Shown here: positions 28,221 through 40,059 of the stretch, piece by piece | Layout of the letters: the number at the start of each line of letters is the position of its first letter | Position numbering within the stretch: position 1 is the first letter of the stretch | Assembly: GCA_044368575.1 (NCBI GenBank) | Contig: JBIPPH010000001.1 | Location: forward strand, 65,663 to 129,662 | DNA: 64,000 nt | Direction: 5' to 3' | DNA from: Bacteroidia bacterium | GTDB lineage: Bacteria; Bacteroidota; Bacteroidia; NS11-12g; UBA955 | Notes under the pieces: model-generated | The model's input: the letters and a program-made list of their open reading frames with translations, nothing else | Database searches by the model: none | What the model was told of the DNA's origin: nothing | Position numbers and translations under genes: made by a program

Positions 28221-28235
28221 CAAAAAGACAACAAA

Positions 28236-28430
28236 ATGGAAAAAATTAAAAACATGTGGAACCAGTCTGTAGACGAGTTGCTTAATAAAGTAACTTGGCC
28301 AACCTGGGATGAATTGCGCGAAAGTGCTATCATCGTTTTGATTGCCTCATTGGTTTTCGCATTAATGGTATGGGGTTTAGATTACGGTTTAGGTAACGGA
28401 CTCAACTTTTTTTATAGTTTGTTTAAATAA
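28236..28430 (+). CDS. secE: preprotein translocase subunit SecE
   Basis: 64 aa with a single C-terminal TM helix (IIVLIASLVFALMVWGL) and the KVTWPTWDEL motif, located before nusG. The longest-ORF start at 28191 would read through the tRNA and is rejected. Confidence 0.88.
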   Translation: MEKIKNMWNQSVDELLNKVTWPTWDELRESAIIVLIASLVFALMVWGLDYGLGNGLNFFYSLFK

Positions 28431-28435
28431 GAACA

Positions 28436-28978
28436 ATGGAAGTGAACGAATTACAATGGTATGTTGTCAGAGCAGTCTCTGGTCAAGAAAAGAAGGTGAA
28501 AGCCAATCTTGAAAGTGAATTGATCAAAGCTAAGCTAACTGACTATGTGCCACAAATCTTGATTCCAATGGAAAAAGTTTACCAAATTAAAAATGGTAAA
28601 AAAATCGCTAAGGAAAGAAACTATTTCCCTGGCTATATTCTCATTCAAGCTAAATTTCACGGTGAAGTTGCTGCCACTATTAAAGGCATCAATGGTGTTG
28701 TTGGTTTCTTGGGGTCTAAAGACCATCCAGTGCCACTTCGTCAAGCTGAAGTAAACAGAATTTTAGGTAACGCTGATGAAAACGGTGGGGTTGACGTAGA
28801 AACTGTTGAACCATTCATAGTAGGAGAGCCTATCAAAGTTATTGATGGTCCTTTCTCTGGTTTCAGTGGTGTGATTGAAGAAGTGAATGAAGAGAAGAAA
28901 AAATTGAAGGTAATGGTTAAAATCTTCGGAAGAAGAACTCCATTAGAATTGAATTACAATCAAGTAGAAAAAGAATAA
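28436..28978 (+). CDS. nusG: transcription termination/antitermination factor NusG
   Basis: 180 aa; WYVVRAVSGQEKKV NGN start, FPGYILI, and a C-terminal KOW region (GEPIKVIDGPFSGFSGVIEEV). Confidence 0.96.
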   Translation: MEVNELQWYVVRAVSGQEKKVKANLESELIKAKLTDYVPQILIPMEKVYQIKNGKKIAKERNYFPGYILIQAKFHGEVAATIKGINGVVGFLGSKDHPVPLRQAEVNRILGNADENGGVDVETVEPFIVGEPIKVIDGPFSGFSGVIEEVNEEKKKLKVMVKIFGRRTPLELNYNQVEKE

Positions 28979-28997
28979 ACAATTAATATAGCTAATT

Positions 28998-29435
28998 ATG
29001 GCAAAAGAAGTAACAGGTTACGTAAAACTACAAGTAAAAGGCGGACAAGCAAATCCCGCACCTCCCATTGGACCTGCATTGGGCTCAAAAGGTGTAAACA
29101 TCATGGAATTTTGTAAGCAGTTTAACGCGCGTACACAGGACAAAATGGGTAAAGTATTACCAGTAGTTTTGACTGTATACTCCGACAAATCTTTCGATTT
29201 CATCATCAAAACGCCACCAGTGGCCGTTCAAATCATTGAAGCAACTAAAGCGGCTAAAGGTTCTGCTGAGCCTAACCGTAAAAAAGTAGCTGAAATGACT
29301 TGGGATCAAGTAAGAAAAATTGCAGAAGACAAAATGCCTGATTTAAACTGTTTTAAAGTTGAATCAGCAATGAACATGGTAGCAGGAACTGCCAGAAGTA
29401 TGGGTATCACAATCGCAGGCGAAAAACCATTTTAA
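28998..29435 (+). CDS. rplK: 50S ribosomal protein L11
   Basis: 145 aa; [20 protein letters not shown] signature. Confidence 0.98.
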   Translation: MAKEVTGYVKLQVKGGQANPAPPIGPALGSKGVNIMEFCKQFNARTQDKMGKVLPVVLTVYSDKSFDFIIKTPPVAVQIIEATKAAKGSAEPNRKKVAEMTWDQVRKIAEDKMPDLNCFKVESAMNMVAGTARSMGITIAGEKPF

Positions 29436-29448
29436 TTAATCAGACATC

Positions 29449-30144
29449 ATGGCACTTACAAAGAATAGAAAGAAAGTATTAGAAAAAGTAGATACAACTA
29501 AAGTATACAGCTTAGAAGAAGCTTCTAAATTAATGAAAGACATTTCTTTCACTAAGTTTGATTCTTCAGTGGACATTGACGTTCGTTTGGGCGTTGATCC
29601 AAAACAAGCCAGCCAAATGGTTAGAGGTGTAGCCACATTGCCACATGGTACAGGTAAAACTGTTCGTGTGTTAGTATTGTGTACACCAGATAAAGAAGCA
29701 GAAGCCAAAGCGGCTGGTGCTGACCATGTAGGTTTAGACGATTATATCGAAAAAATCGCTGGTGGCTGGTTAGACATAGACATCATCATTACCATGCCAG
29801 CTGTTATGGCAAAGCTTGGTAAGTTGGGTAAAATATTGGGACCAAGAAACCTAATGCCAAATCCAAAGTCAGGAACTGTTACACCTGATGTGGCTAAAGC
29901 TGTGACTGAAGTGAAAGCTGGTAAAATCGACTTTAAAGTTGACAAAACCGGTATCATTCATACTTCAATCGGAAAAGTTAGCTTCCAACCCAATCAAATC
30001 GCAGAAAACGCTGTGGAAATCATTCAAACGCTTAGCAAGTTAAAGCCTTCGTCTTCCAAAGGTACCTACTTTAAGAGTGTGTATTTAAGTACAACGATGA
30101 GCCCAGGTTTATGCATCGACATCAAATCAATTCCAGGAATTTAA
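29449..30144 (+). CDS. rplA: 50S ribosomal protein L1
   Basis: 231 aa; [25 protein letters not shown] signature. Confidence 0.98.
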   Translation: MALTKNRKKVLEKVDTTKVYSLEEASKLMKDISFTKFDSSVDIDVRLGVDPKQASQMVRGVATLPHGTGKTVRVLVLCTPDKEAEAKAAGADHVGLDDYIEKIAGGWLDIDIIITMPAVMAKLGKLGKILGPRNLMPNPKSGTVTPDVAKAVTEVKAGKIDFKVDKTGIIHTSIGKVSFQPNQIAENAVEIIQTLSKLKPSSSKGTYFKSVYLSTTMSPGLCIDIKSIPGI

Positions 30145-30153
30145 ATTAATTAA

Positions 30154-30672
30154 ATGAACAGAGAAGAAAAAAATGCAGCAATTGCCGAACTAACCGAAAA
30201 GTTCAAAACTGCAAATTGTTTGTACATTGCTGATACTTCTAGTATCGGTGCAATTGATACAAATAACTTCAGAAGAGAACTCTTCAAAAACGGCGTTGAA
30301 ATGCTCGTAGCCAAAAATACTTTGATATTAAAGGCTATGCGAAATTCCGGTAAAGAATTCAGTGAATTAGAGGGTGCTTTAAAAGGTACCAGTGCATTGT
30401 TGTTCAGTGACAACTTTAAAGCTCCAGCTCAAGCTATTCTTAAATTTAGAAAGAATGGCAAAAAGCCAGCTTTAAAAGGCGCTTACATCGATAGTGCTGT
30501 GTTCTTAGGCGACAACCAATTGGAAGCGCTAAGCAAACTCAAATCTAAAGAAGACTTAATCGGCGACATCGTAGGAATGTTACAAACTCCTGCACGCAAT
30601 GTAGTATCTGCATTGCAAAGTGGTGGTGGCAAGTTGGCCGGCATCATTAAAACATTATCAGAAAAAAATTAA
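30154..30672 (+). CDS. rplJ: 50S ribosomal protein L10
   Basis: 172 aa, positioned between rplA and rplL, with L10-like sequence. Confidence 0.95.
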   Translation: MNREEKNAAIAELTEKFKTANCLYIADTSSIGAIDTNNFRRELFKNGVEMLVAKNTLILKAMRNSGKEFSELEGALKGTSALLFSDNFKAPAQAILKFRKNGKKPALKGAYIDSAVFLGDNQLEALSKLKSKEDLIGDIVGMLQTPARNVVSALQSGGGKLAGIIKTLSEKN

Positions 30673-30702
30673 CAAAACAATTAAAAAAAACAATTAAAAA
30701 AA

Positions 30703-31080
30703 ATGGCAGACTTAAAAGCATTTGCTGAACAATTGGTTAATCTTACAGTTAAAGAAGTAAACGAATTAGCCACAATTTTGAAAGACGAGTATGGTATCGA
30801 ACCAGCTGCTGCTGCTGCAGTAGCCGTGGCAGCTCCTGCTGCTGCTGCTGGTGATGCTGGTGCAGCTCAAACTGAGTTCACCGTTATCTTAAAAAGCGCA
30901 GGCCCTAACAAATTAAACGTTGTTAAGGTTGTTAAAGACTTGACAGGTCTTGGCTTAAAAGAAGCTAAAGATCTAGTTGACGGAGCTCCAAAAACTGTAA
31001 AAGAAAACATTGCTAAAGACGAAGCTGAAGCTTTGAAAGCAAAACTTACAGAAACTGGTGCTGAAGTTGAAATCAAGTAA
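30703..31080 (+). CDS. rplL: 50S ribosomal protein L7/L12
   Basis: 125 aa; Ala-rich hinge and C-terminal [23 protein letters not shown] motif. Confidence 0.98.
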   Translation: MADLKAFAEQLVNLTVKEVNELATILKDEYGIEPAAAAAVAVAAPAAAAGDAGAAQTEFTVILKSAGPNKLNVVKVVKDLTGLGLKEAKDLVDGAPKTVKENIAKDEAEALKAKLTETGAEVEIK

Positions 31081-31104
31081 TTCAATATTTAGCTCTATTT
31101 AACG

Positions 31105-31143
31105 CCAATAGACCCACGTAACCGATGGGTCTATTGGTGTTTA
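31105..31143 (+). terminator. hairpin (probable partial terminator/attenuator) between rplL and rpoB
   Basis: 12-bp perfect stem (31105-31116 pairs with 31126-31137) with a 9-nt loop, then TGTTT. The position matches the rplL-rpoB attenuator known in other bacteria. Confidence 0.6.
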
Positions 31144-31198
31144 TGTATTTTTCGAAAAAAATCGGTTAAAAACACACCATATTTAACATTTTACAAAA

Positions 31199-34100
31199 TT
31201 GGCAACAAAAGTAAAACAACAAAAAAGAATCAATTTCGCCTCAATAGACAAGGTGATTGATTATCCGGATTTCCTTGACGTACAATTGCAGTCATTCAAA
31301 GAGTTTTTTCAGTTAGAAACCCACGTTGATAAAAGAAAAGATGAAGGATTGTTCAAGGTTTTCCAAGAAAATTTCCCAATCAACGATACTAGGAATATTT
31401 TTAACTTAGAATTTTTAGACTACTTTGTTGACCCACCAAGATACGACATTAAAGAGTGTATTGAAAGAGGTTTAACCTACTCAGTGCCTCTTAAGGCTAA
31501 ATTGAAATTGTCTTGTAACGATCCTGAACATGAAGATTTTGAAACCATCGTTCAAGATGTGTACTTAGGTACTATTCCTTACATGACTCCAAGCGGTACA
31601 TTTGTGATCAACGGTGCAGAGCGCGTAATCGTTTCTCAATTACACCGTTCACCAGGTGTATTCTTTGGTCAATCTTACCACACCAACGGTACTAAATTAT
31701 ACTCAGCCCGTGTTATCCCTTTCAAAGGTTCATGGATTGAATTTGCTACAGACGTTAACAACGTTATGTACGCATACATTGATAGAAAAAAGAAGTTCCC
31801 TGTAACGACTTTATTAAGAGCTATTGGCTTTGAATCAGATAAAGACATCTTAAACATCTTCGGTTTAGCTGAAGAAGTTAAAGTGTCTAAATCAGGTTTG
31901 AAAAAATACATCGGCAGAAAATTATCTGCAAGGGTATTGCGCACTTGGGTTGAAGACTTCGTTGACGAAGACACCGGTGAGGTAGTATCTATCGAACGTA
32001 ACGAAGTCATCATTGAACGCGATACGATTTTAGAAGCTTCGCACATTGATGAAATCGTTGAAGCAGGTGTTAAAACCATCATCTTAAACAAAGAAGAAGA
32101 AGGTAAAAATGATTTCACTATCATATACAACACTTTGCAAAAAGACACATCTAACAATGGTAAAGAGGCTGTAGAGCACATCTACCGTCAGTTAAGAAAT
32201 ACTGATCCACCAGATGAAGAAACAGCTCGTGGTATCATTGAGCGTTTGTTCTTCTCAGATAAACGTTATGATTTAGGTGAAGTTGGTCGTTACAGAATCA
32301 ACAAAAAGTTGAACCTAAGCACTGGCATGGAAGTGAAAGTGTTAACCAACGAAGACATCATTAAAATCATTTCTTACTTAATTGAGTTAAGCAATAGCCG
32401 CTCTGAGGTCGACGATATTGACCATTTAAGTAACAGACGTGTGAGAACGGTTGGTGAGCAATTGTATGCTCAATTCGGTGTTGGTTTGGCTAGAATGGCT
32501 AGAACCATCCGTGAAAAAATGAACATCCGTGACAACGAGGTGTTTACTCCAACTGATTTGATCAACGCAAGATCATTGTCATCTGTGATCAACTCATTCT
32601 TCGGAACCAATCAATTATCTCAGTTCATGGATCAAACCAATCCATTGGCTGAAATCACTCACAAGCGTAGAATGTCTGCCCTTGGACCAGGTGGTTTATC
32701 AAGAGAGAGAGCAGGTTTCGAGGTGCGTGACGTTCACTATACTCACTATGGTCGTTTATGTACAATTGAAACACCTGAAGGACCAAACATTGGTTTGATT
32801 TCTTCATTGTGTGTGCACGCTAAAATCAACAGCATGGGCTTTATCGAAACCCCTTACAGAAAAGTGGCAAACGGTAAAGTGAATATGAAAGATGCAGTGG
32901 TGTATTTAAGTGCAGAAGAAGAAGATGGTAAAATGATTGCACAATGTAACGTGGATGTAACTGAAAAAGGTGAATTCAAAACCAAAGAAGTTAAAGCCCG
33001 TTACGAAGGTGACTTCCCATTGGTTGAACCAGATAAAGTTCAATTCATGGACGTTGCACCTAACCAAATTGTGTCTATCGCTGCTTCTTTGATTCCTTTC
33101 CTAGAGCATGATGACGCGAACAGAGCCTTGATGGGATCTAACATGCAACGTCAAGCTGTACCTTTGTTAAGACCAGAAGCACCAATCGTAGGAACAGGCT
33201 TAGAAGAGCGTGTTGCTAGAGATTCTCGTGCATTGGTTATGGCTGAAGGTGACGGTGTTGTTGACTATGTTGATGCCAACGAGATTAAAATTAAATACGA
33301 TTATACTGCAGATGATGAATTACTCAATTTTGCAAGTAATATCAAAACCTATACACTTACAAAATTCTTAAGAACCAACCAAAGTACTTGTATCAATTTG
33401 AAACCTATCGTAAGAAAAGGTCAAAGAGTATCAAAAGGCGATGTGTTGTGCGAAGGTTATGCTACTCAAGATGGCGAATTGGCTATCGGTAGAAACTTGA
33501 AAGTGGCCTTTATGCCATGGCAAGGTTACAACTTTGAGGATGCGATCGTAATTTCTGAAAAGGTTGTAAGTGATGATTGGTATACTTCAATCCACATCGA
33601 TGAATTCGAATTGGAAGTAAGAGATACTAAACGCGGTGAAGAAGAATTAACCAATGATATTCCAAACGTAAGCGAAGAGGCTACTAAAAACCTTGACGAA
33701 AACGGTTTGATCAGAATTGGTGCTGAGTTAAAAGAAGGCGATATCATTATCGGTAAAATCACCCCTAAAGGTGAAACTGAACCTTCACCAGAAGAAAAGT
33801 TGTTAAGAGCTATCTTTGGTGATAAAGCTGGTGATGTGAAAGATGCTTCATTGAAAGCGCCACCATCAACTGAGGGTGTTGTTATAGACAAGAAATTGTT
33901 TACCAAAACCAAGAAAGAAAAAGGGGCTAAAACTGAAGAGAAAGCCAAATTAGCTAAGAATGAATTAGAGTTCAAAAAGAACAAAGAGAAATTAACTGAA
34001 GTGTTGGTTCAAAAATTATTTAAAGTTTTGAACGGTAAAACATCTGCAGGTGTTAAAGCTGTATACGGCGACGACATGATACCAAAGGGCACTAAATTTA

Positions 34101-35014
34101 CATTGAAGAACTTATCTTCTGTAGATTATGACAACGTCAACTTTGCCAACTGGACTTCAGATGCAGACAAAAACATCCAAGTTAACACCATTCTTAAAAA
34201 CTACAAATCTCAGTTAACTGAAGTATACGCTGCGTTCAGAAGAGAATACTATGCGATTACTGTTGGTGATGAATTGCCAACTGGTATTTTGAAAATGGCT
34301 AAAGTTTATGTAGCGGTTAAACGTAAGTTGAAAGTGGGTGATAAGATGGCAGGTAGACACGGTAACAAAGGTATTGTTGCTAGAATTACCCGTGCTGAAG
34401 ACATGCCGTTCTTAGAAGATGGAACTCCAGTAGATATCGTGTTGAATCCACTAGGTGTACCTTCAAGGATGAACTTGGGTCAGATATATGAAACCGTATT
34501 AGGTTGGGCAGGTAAAGAGTTAGGTTTGAAATTTGCTACACCAATTTTTGATGGTGCTAGTGCAGATGAGATCGAATCTTATACTAAGAAAGCCAATGTG
34601 CCAACCAATGGTCAAGTATACTTGTACGATGGTTTAACTGGTGAAAGATTCCACCAACCAACTACAGTAGGTATCATTTATATGTTGAAATTGGGTCACA
34701 TGGTTGACGATAAGATGCACGCGCGTTCAATCGGACCATACTCAATGATTACTCAACAACCACTTGGTGGTAAAGCTCAATTTGGTGGTCAACGTTTTGG
34801 TGAGATGGAGGTTTGGGCATTGGAAGCATTTGGTGCTGCCAATATCCTTAGAGAAATCTTAACCATTAAGTCAGACGACATCATGGGCCGTGCTAAAACC
34901 TACGAGGCAATTGTCAAAGGCGATAACATTACACAAATCGGTATTCCTGAATCATTCAATGTATTGATCCATGAATTAAGAGGTTTGGGTATCGATATGA
35001 ACTTTGAGGAATAA
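31199..35014 (+). CDS. rpoB: DNA-directed RNA polymerase subunit beta
   Basis: 1271 aa with full-length RpoB motifs ([37 protein letters not shown]). Apparent TTG start. Confidence 0.99.
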   Translation: MATKVKQQKRINFASIDKVIDYPDFLDVQLQSFKEFFQLETHVDKRKDEGLFKVFQENFPINDTRNIFNLEFLDYFVDPPRYDIKECIERGLTYSVPLKAKLKLSCNDPEHEDFETIVQDVYLGTIPYMTPSGTFVINGAERVIVSQLHRSPGVFFGQSYHTNGTKLYSARVIPFKGSWIEFATDVNNVMYAYIDRKKKFPVTTLLRAIGFESDKDILNIFGLAEEVKVSKSGLKKYIGRKLSARVLRTWVEDFVDEDTGEVVSIERNEVIIERDTILEASHIDEIVEAGVKTIILNKEEEGKNDFTIIYNTLQKDTSNNGKEAVEHIYRQLRNTDPPDEETARGIIERLFFSDKRYDLGEVGRYRINKKLNLSTGMEVKVLTNEDIIKIISYLIELSNSRSEVDDIDHLSNRRVRTVGEQLYAQFGVGLARMARTIREKMNIRDNEVFTPTDLINARSLSSVINSFFGTNQLSQFMDQTNPLAEITHKRRMSALGPGGLSRERAGFEVRDVHYTHYGRLCTIETPEGPNIGLISSLCVHAKINSMGFIETPYRKVANGKVNMKDAVVYLSAEEEDGKMIAQCNVDVTEKGEFKTKEVKARYEGDFPLVEPDKVQFMDVAPNQIVSIAASLIPFLEHDDANRALMGSNMQRQAVPLLRPEAPIVGTGLEERVARDSRALVMAEGDGVVDYVDANEIKIKYDYTADDELLNFASNIKTYTLTKFLRTNQSTCINLKPIVRKGQRVSKGDVLCEGYATQDGELAIGRNLKVAFMPWQGYNFEDAIVISEKVVSDDWYTSIHIDEFELEVRDTKRGEEELTNDIPNVSEEATKNLDENGLIRIGAELKEGDIIIGKITPKGETEPSPEEKLLRAIFGDKAGDVKDASLKAPPSTEGVVIDKKLFTKTKKEKGAKTEEKAKLAKNELEFKKNKEKLTEVLVQKLFKVLNGKTSAGVKAVYGDDMIPKGTKFTLKNLSSVDYDNVNFANWTSDADKNIQVNTILKNYKSQLTEVYAAFRREYYAITVGDELPTGILKMAKVYVAVKRKLKVGDKMAGRHGNKGIVARITRAEDMPFLEDGTPVDIVLNPLGVPSRMNLGQIYETVLGWAGKELGLKFATPIFDGASADEIESYTKKANVPTNGQVYLYDGLTGERFHQPTTVGIIYMLKLGHMVDDKMHARSIGPYSMITQQPLGGKAQFGGQRFGEMEVWALEAFGAANILREILTIKSDDIMGRAKTYEAIVKGDNITQIGIPESFNVLIHELRGLGIDMNFEE

Positions 35015-35052
35015 GTCACTTTAACTAACACAATTAAAAGAACATCACATTA

Positions 35053-38000
35053 ATGTCAACGATTAAAAAGAATCAAAAAATAAAAAGTAATTTCACCAAA
35101 ATTCGTATTGGTTTAGCCTCTCCTGAGAGCATACTCCAAAAGTCGTTTGGTGAGGTCATTAAACCTGAAACCATCAATTACAGAAGTTATAAGCCAGAAA
35201 TGGGCGGATTATTCTGTGAGAGAATTTTCGGGCCAATCAAAGATTACGAATGTCATTGCGGTAAATACAAACGCATTCGTTACAAAGGCATTGTTTGCGA
35301 CCGTTGCGGCGTAGAAGTGACTGAGAAAAAAGTCAGACGTGAACGTATGGGCCACATCAATTTAGTGGTTCCAGTTGCTCACATTTGGTATTTCCGTTCA
35401 TTGCCTAACAAAATTGGTTACTTATTGGGTTTGAGCAGTAAGAAATTAGACTTAGTCATTTATTACGAGCGTTACATTGTTATTCAAACCGGTGAGTACG
35501 AAGGTGTCAACAAATTAGATTTATTAAGCGAAGAAGAGTATTTAGACATACTTGATAAATTACCAAAAGAAAACCAATACCTTGACGACAACGATCCTAA
35601 GAAATTCGTTGCTAAGATGGGTGCTGATGCTCTTTGGGAATTATTAACTACCATTGATTTAGATGGTTTAAGTTACAGCTTAAGAAACCAAGCAGCAACA
35701 GAAACTTCACAACAACGTAAAGCTGAAGCTTTGAAGCGTTTGAAAGTGATTGAAAGTTTCCGTGCAGCCAACAGAGAAGGTAATATCAACCGTCCTGAGT
35801 GGATGATCATGAAAATGTTGCCTGTTATTCCACCAGAATTAAGACCATTGGTGCCATTAGAAGGTGGACGTTTTGCGACTTCAGATTTGAACGATTTATA
35901 CAGAAGAGTAATCATCCGTAACAACCGTTTGAAGCGTTTGATGGAAATCAAAGCGCCTGAAGTGATCTTAAGAAACGAGAAAAGGATGTTGCAAGAATCA
36001 GTGGATTCATTGCTTGACAACACCAGAAGATCAAGTGCCGTTAAATCTGATGGTAACAGACCATTAAAGTCTTTAAGTGATATGCTTAAAGGTAAACAAG
36101 GTCGTTTCCGTTTAAACTTATTGGGTAAACGTGTTGACTATTCAGGTCGTTCGGTTATTGTGGTTGGTCCTAAATTAAAATTAAGCGAGTGTGGCTTGCC
36201 TAAAGCCATGGCTGCTGAGTTATTTAAGCCATTCATTATTCGTAAACTGATTGAAAGAGGTGTTGTAAAAACCGTTAAATCAGCTAAGAAAATTGTAGAT
36301 AAAAAAGAGCCAGTAATTTGGGAGATTCTTGAAAATATTTTGAAAGGACATCCTGTGTTGCTAAACCGTGCTCCTACACTCCACAGATTGGGTATTCAAG
36401 CATTCCAACCAAAGTTAATTGAAGGTAAAGCAATTCAATTGCACCCATTAACTTGTACAGGTTTTAACGCTGACTTTGACGGTGACCAAATGGCTGTTCA
36501 CGTTCCACTAGGTAACGCGGCAATCTTGGAAGCCCAATTGTTAATGTTAGCGCCTCACAATATCTTGAACCCAGCTAACGGTTCTCCTATCACAGTTCCT
36601 TCTCAGGACATGGTGTTGGGCTTATACTACATCACAAAAGGTAGAAAGAGCACCAAAGAAAGAAAAGTAAAAGGCGAAGGCATTACTTTCTATTCTCCAG
36701 AAGAAGTGATCATTGCATTCAATGAAGGCAGAGCAGATTTGCATGCTCACATTAAGTGTAAACACATTGATAAAGATGAGCATGGTAACATGGTGTACCG
36801 TATTATCGAATCAACTGTTGGTAGAGTTATCTTCAACCAAGTGGTTCCTGAAGGTGTTGGATACATCAATCAGTTATTAACTAAAAAATCTTTACGTGAT
36901 ATCATCAGCAACTTTGTAAAAGAAGTAGGTGTGGCAAGAACTGCTAAATTCCTTGATGACATTAAAGATTTAGGTTTCCACTATGCATTTAAAGGCGGTT
37001 TGTCGTTCAACTTGAACTATGTTCAAATTCCTGATGCAAAAGAGAAATTAATTGATAAAGCTAGAGCAGAAGTAGAAGAAATTAAATTCAACTACGAAAA
37101 CGGTTTCATTACCAATAACGAAAGATACAACCAAGTAATTGATATCTGGACCAGAATCAACTCTCAAGTAGGCGAAATCCTATTAAAAGAATTGGCTGAA
37201 AACGATCAAGGTTTCAACCCAATTTACATGATGTTGGATTCAGGGGCGAGGGGTTCTAAAGAACAAATTCGTCAGTTAGGAGGTATGAGAGGTTTGATGG
37301 CAAAACCACAAAAGAACATTGGTGGTGGTGTTGGTGAAATCATTGAAAACCCAATTTTGTCAAACTTTAAAGAAGGTTTGTCAGTATTGGAATACTTCAT
37401 CTCTACTCACGGTGCTCGTAAAGGTTTGGCCGATACAGCGTTAAAAACTGCTGACGCGGGTTACCTAACCAGAAGATTACACGACGTTGCTCAAGACGTT
37501 ATCATTACAGAAGAAGACTGTGATACTTTAAGAGGTATTTCATTGTCAGCTTTAAAAGACAACGATGATGTTGTAGAAAGCTTATACGAAAGAATTTTAG
37601 GTAGAACAGGTTTATACGATACTTATCACCCTGAAACTGGTGCTTTACTAGTTGCTGCAGGTTCTGAGATTACAGAAGAAATTGCTAGAGCAATTGAAGA
37701 TGCAGGTATTGAAGAATTAGAAATTCGTTCTGTATTGACTTGTGAGACTAAGAGTGGTGTTTGTGCTAAATGTTATGGTAGAAACCTAACCAATGGTAGA
37801 ATGGTTCAAAGAGGTGAGGCTGTAGGTGTAATTGCTGCTCAGTCTATCGGTGAACCTGGTACACAGTTAACACTTCGTACCTTCCACGTGGGTGGTACTG
37901 CATCTAGTATTGCGGCTGAATCTCAAATCGTTTCTAGATTTGAAGGTGTGGTTAGCTTTGATGCATTAAAGACTGTAGCCATTGACAAAGTGGACGAAAG

Positions 38001-39372
38001 TTCAGGCGAAAAGCAAAAAGTAGAATTGAACTTAAGCAGAAGTGCTGAAGTTCGTGTACTTGATCCAAAAACTAAAAACATCTTAATCACTTTGGTAGTG
38101 CCTTACGGTTCTACAGTATTCGTAAAAGAAGGTCAAAAAGTGAAGAAAGGTGATTTGATCTGTTCTTGGGATCCATATAACGCTGTAATCTTATCTGATC
38201 AAGCTGGTAAAATTCAATACGAAAACATCTTGGATGGTATTACCTTCAGAGAAGAGAATGACGAAGTAACAGGTTATGGTGAAAAGGTTATCATTGAAAC
38301 CAAAGATAAAACCAAATCGCCTACCATTAAGGTATTAGGTAAAGATAAAACAGTGATTAAAGAAATCAACTTGCCAGTAGGTGCACACATTTCTGTGGCT
38401 GATGGTAAATCGATTAACGCTGGTGATATCATTGCTAAAATTCCAAGATCTGCTCGTGGTACTCGAGATATCACAGGTGGTTTGCCACGTGTAACAGAAT
38501 TGTTTGAAGCTAGAAATCCTTCTAATCCTTCAACAGTTGCTGAAATCGACGGTGTAGTAAGCTACGGTGGTATTAAACGTGGTAACAGAGAAATCACCAT
38601 CACAAGTAAAGATGGCGAAACCAAGCACTACATGATTCCATTGTCTAAACATATTTTTGTTCAAGACAATGACTATATCAAAGCTGGTGCGCCTTTGTCT
38701 GATGGTGCAATCACGCCTCAAGATATCCTAAGAATTCAAGGTCCAACTGCAGTTCAACGTTACATTTTGAATGGTATTCAAGAAGTATACAGATTGCAAG
38801 GTGTAAAAATCAACGATAAGCACATCGAAATCATTGTGCGTCAAATGATGCAAAAAATGGTGATTGAACAACCTGGTGACACTCAATTCTTGGAAGGTGA
38901 AGTAGTTGAAAAACGCGAATTGTTTGAAGAGAACGATTGGGTATTCGACAAAAAAGTTGTACTCGATAACGGAGACTCTGAAAAGCTTAAAGTAGGACAA
39001 ATCGTTTCACTTAGAGAATTAAGAGAAGAAAACAGCTCATTAAAGCGTCAAGACAAAAAGCAAGTATTGGTAAGAGATGCTGTTACAGCTACTGCTGATG
39101 CAGTGTTGCAAGGTATTACCAGAGCGTCATTGGCTACTAGAAGCTTTATGAGTGCTGCATCGTTCCAAGAAACAACCAAAGTATTGAACGAAGCTGCTAT
39201 TGCTGGTAAAGTAGACTATATGAGAGGTTTGAAAGAAAACGTTATCGTAGGTCATTTGATTCCTGCAGGTACAGGTATGAGAGAATACGAAAAGATTGTA
39301 GTTGGTAGCAAAGAAGAGTATGAGCGTTTAATGGCATCAAAGTCTGAAGGCGAAACTGCTGCATCTAACTAA
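35053..39372 (+). CDS. rpoC: DNA-directed RNA polymerase subunit beta'
   Basis: 1439 aa; zinc motif [20 protein letters not shown], catalytic [12 protein letters not shown]. Confidence 0.99.
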   Translation: MSTIKKNQKIKSNFTKIRIGLASPESILQKSFGEVIKPETINYRSYKPEMGGLFCERIFGPIKDYECHCGKYKRIRYKGIVCDRCGVEVTEKKVRRERMGHINLVVPVAHIWYFRSLPNKIGYLLGLSSKKLDLVIYYERYIVIQTGEYEGVNKLDLLSEEEYLDILDKLPKENQYLDDNDPKKFVAKMGADALWELLTTIDLDGLSYSLRNQAATETSQQRKAEALKRLKVIESFRAANREGNINRPEWMIMKMLPVIPPELRPLVPLEGGRFATSDLNDLYRRVIIRNNRLKRLMEIKAPEVILRNEKRMLQESVDSLLDNTRRSSAVKSDGNRPLKSLSDMLKGKQGRFRLNLLGKRVDYSGRSVIVVGPKLKLSECGLPKAMAAELFKPFIIRKLIERGVVKTVKSAKKIVDKKEPVIWEILENILKGHPVLLNRAPTLHRLGIQAFQPKLIEGKAIQLHPLTCTGFNADFDGDQMAVHVPLGNAAILEAQLLMLAPHNILNPANGSPITVPSQDMVLGLYYITKGRKSTKERKVKGEGITFYSPEEVIIAFNEGRADLHAHIKCKHIDKDEHGNMVYRIIESTVGRVIFNQVVPEGVGYINQLLTKKSLRDIISNFVKEVGVARTAKFLDDIKDLGFHYAFKGGLSFNLNYVQIPDAKEKLIDKARAEVEEIKFNYENGFITNNERYNQVIDIWTRINSQVGEILLKELAENDQGFNPIYMMLDSGARGSKEQIRQLGGMRGLMAKPQKNIGGGVGEIIENPILSNFKEGLSVLEYFISTHGARKGLADTALKTADAGYLTRRLHDVAQDVIITEEDCDTLRGISLSALKDNDDVVESLYERILGRTGLYDTYHPETGALLVAAGSEITEEIARAIEDAGIEELEIRSVLTCETKSGVCAKCYGRNLTNGRMVQRGEAVGVIAAQSIGEPGTQLTLRTFHVGGTASSIAAESQIVSRFEGVVSFDALKTVAIDKVDESSGEKQKVELNLSRSAEVRVLDPKTKNILITLVVPYGSTVFVKEGQKVKKGDLICSWDPYNAVILSDQAGKIQYENILDGITFREENDEVTGYGEKVIIETKDKTKSPTIKVLGKDKTVIKEINLPVGAHISVADGKSINAGDIIAKIPRSARGTRDITGGLPRVTELFEARNPSNPSTVAEIDGVVSYGGIKRGNREITITSKDGETKHYMIPLSKHIFVQDNDYIKAGAPLSDGAITPQDILRIQGPTAVQRYILNGIQEVYRLQGVKINDKHIEIIVRQMMQKMVIEQPGDTQFLEGEVVEKRELFEENDWVFDKKVVLDNGDSEKLKVGQIVSLRELREENSSLKRQDKKQVLVRDAVTATADAVLQGITRASLATRSFMSAASFQETTKVLNEAAIAGKVDYMRGLKENVIVGHLIPAGTGMREYEKIVVGSKEEYERLMASKSEGETAASN

Positions 39373-39390
39373 TCGATAAATAAGATTGAT

Positions 39391-39419
39391 AAAAGGCCCT
39401 CCATGGAGGGCCTTTTTTT
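39391..39419 (+). terminator. intrinsic terminator after rpoC
   Basis: The GC-rich stem ggccctc/gagggcc is flanked by an A-run and a seven-T run. Confidence 0.85.
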
Positions 39420-39488
39420 ATGCACTTAATTTACTTGTAGAACTTGTTTTTACTTAGTTTTTGGGCTATTTTCGCATCAAATAATTTT

Positions 39489-40052
39489 ATGGCAACAGCA
39501 TCAGATTTATCAGTAGGACAATTCATTCGTCACAATGGCGAATTGGTTCAAATCATTGAATTCATTCACCGTACCCCAGGTAACCTTAGAGCCTTTTATC
39601 AAGGTAAAATGAAAAATGTTAAAACCGGAAAATCAGTTGAATACCGTTTTAACACAGGTGAAAAGGTTGACGTAGTAAGAGTAGAAGTAAGAGAATTGGC
39701 TTATTTGTACAAAGAAGGCAATGCCTTGGTTTGTATGGATAACGAATCTTTTGAGCAATACAATATTCAAGAGAGCTTTTTTGGTGATGCTGCGCCGTTT
39801 ATGGTTGAAGGTATGACCGTTCTAGTATCATTTGAAGATGGTGAAAATCCAATTGGAGCAACACCTCCAACCCACGTAGAACTTGAAGTAACATACACTG
39901 AGCCAGGAGTCAGAGGTGATACTGCAACCAATTCTTTGAAACCAGCTACAGTTTCTACCGGAGCCAATATCATGGTGCCTTTATTTGTTGACATCAACGA
40001 CAAAATCAAAATTGATTTAAGAACTATAGAATACGTAGAAAGGGTTAAATAA
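39489..40052 (+). CDS. efp: elongation factor P
   Basis: 187 aa; the C-terminal YTEPGVRGDTATNSLKPATVSTGANIMVPLF signature. Start set to ATG 39489 (MATASDL). Confidence 0.92.
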   Translation: MATASDLSVGQFIRHNGELVQIIEFIHRTPGNLRAFYQGKMKNVKTGKSVEYRFNTGEKVDVVRVEVRELAYLYKEGNALVCMDNESFEQYNIQESFFGDAAPFMVEGMTVLVSFEDGENPIGATPPTHVELEVTYTEPGVRGDTATNSLKPATVSTGANIMVPLFVDINDKIKIDLRTIEYVERVK

Positions 40053-40059
40053 TTTCTGT

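Noticed and set aside
28191-28235. The longest-ORF start of secE at 28191.
   Set aside because: The extension is read through the 3' half of tRNA-Trp (28150-28220). The ATG at 28236 gives a canonical 64-aa SecE.
30805-30870. A GCT/GCA-rich microsatellite-like run inside rplL.
   Set aside because: It encodes the normal Ala-rich flexible hinge of L7/L12 and is not a non-coding repeat.
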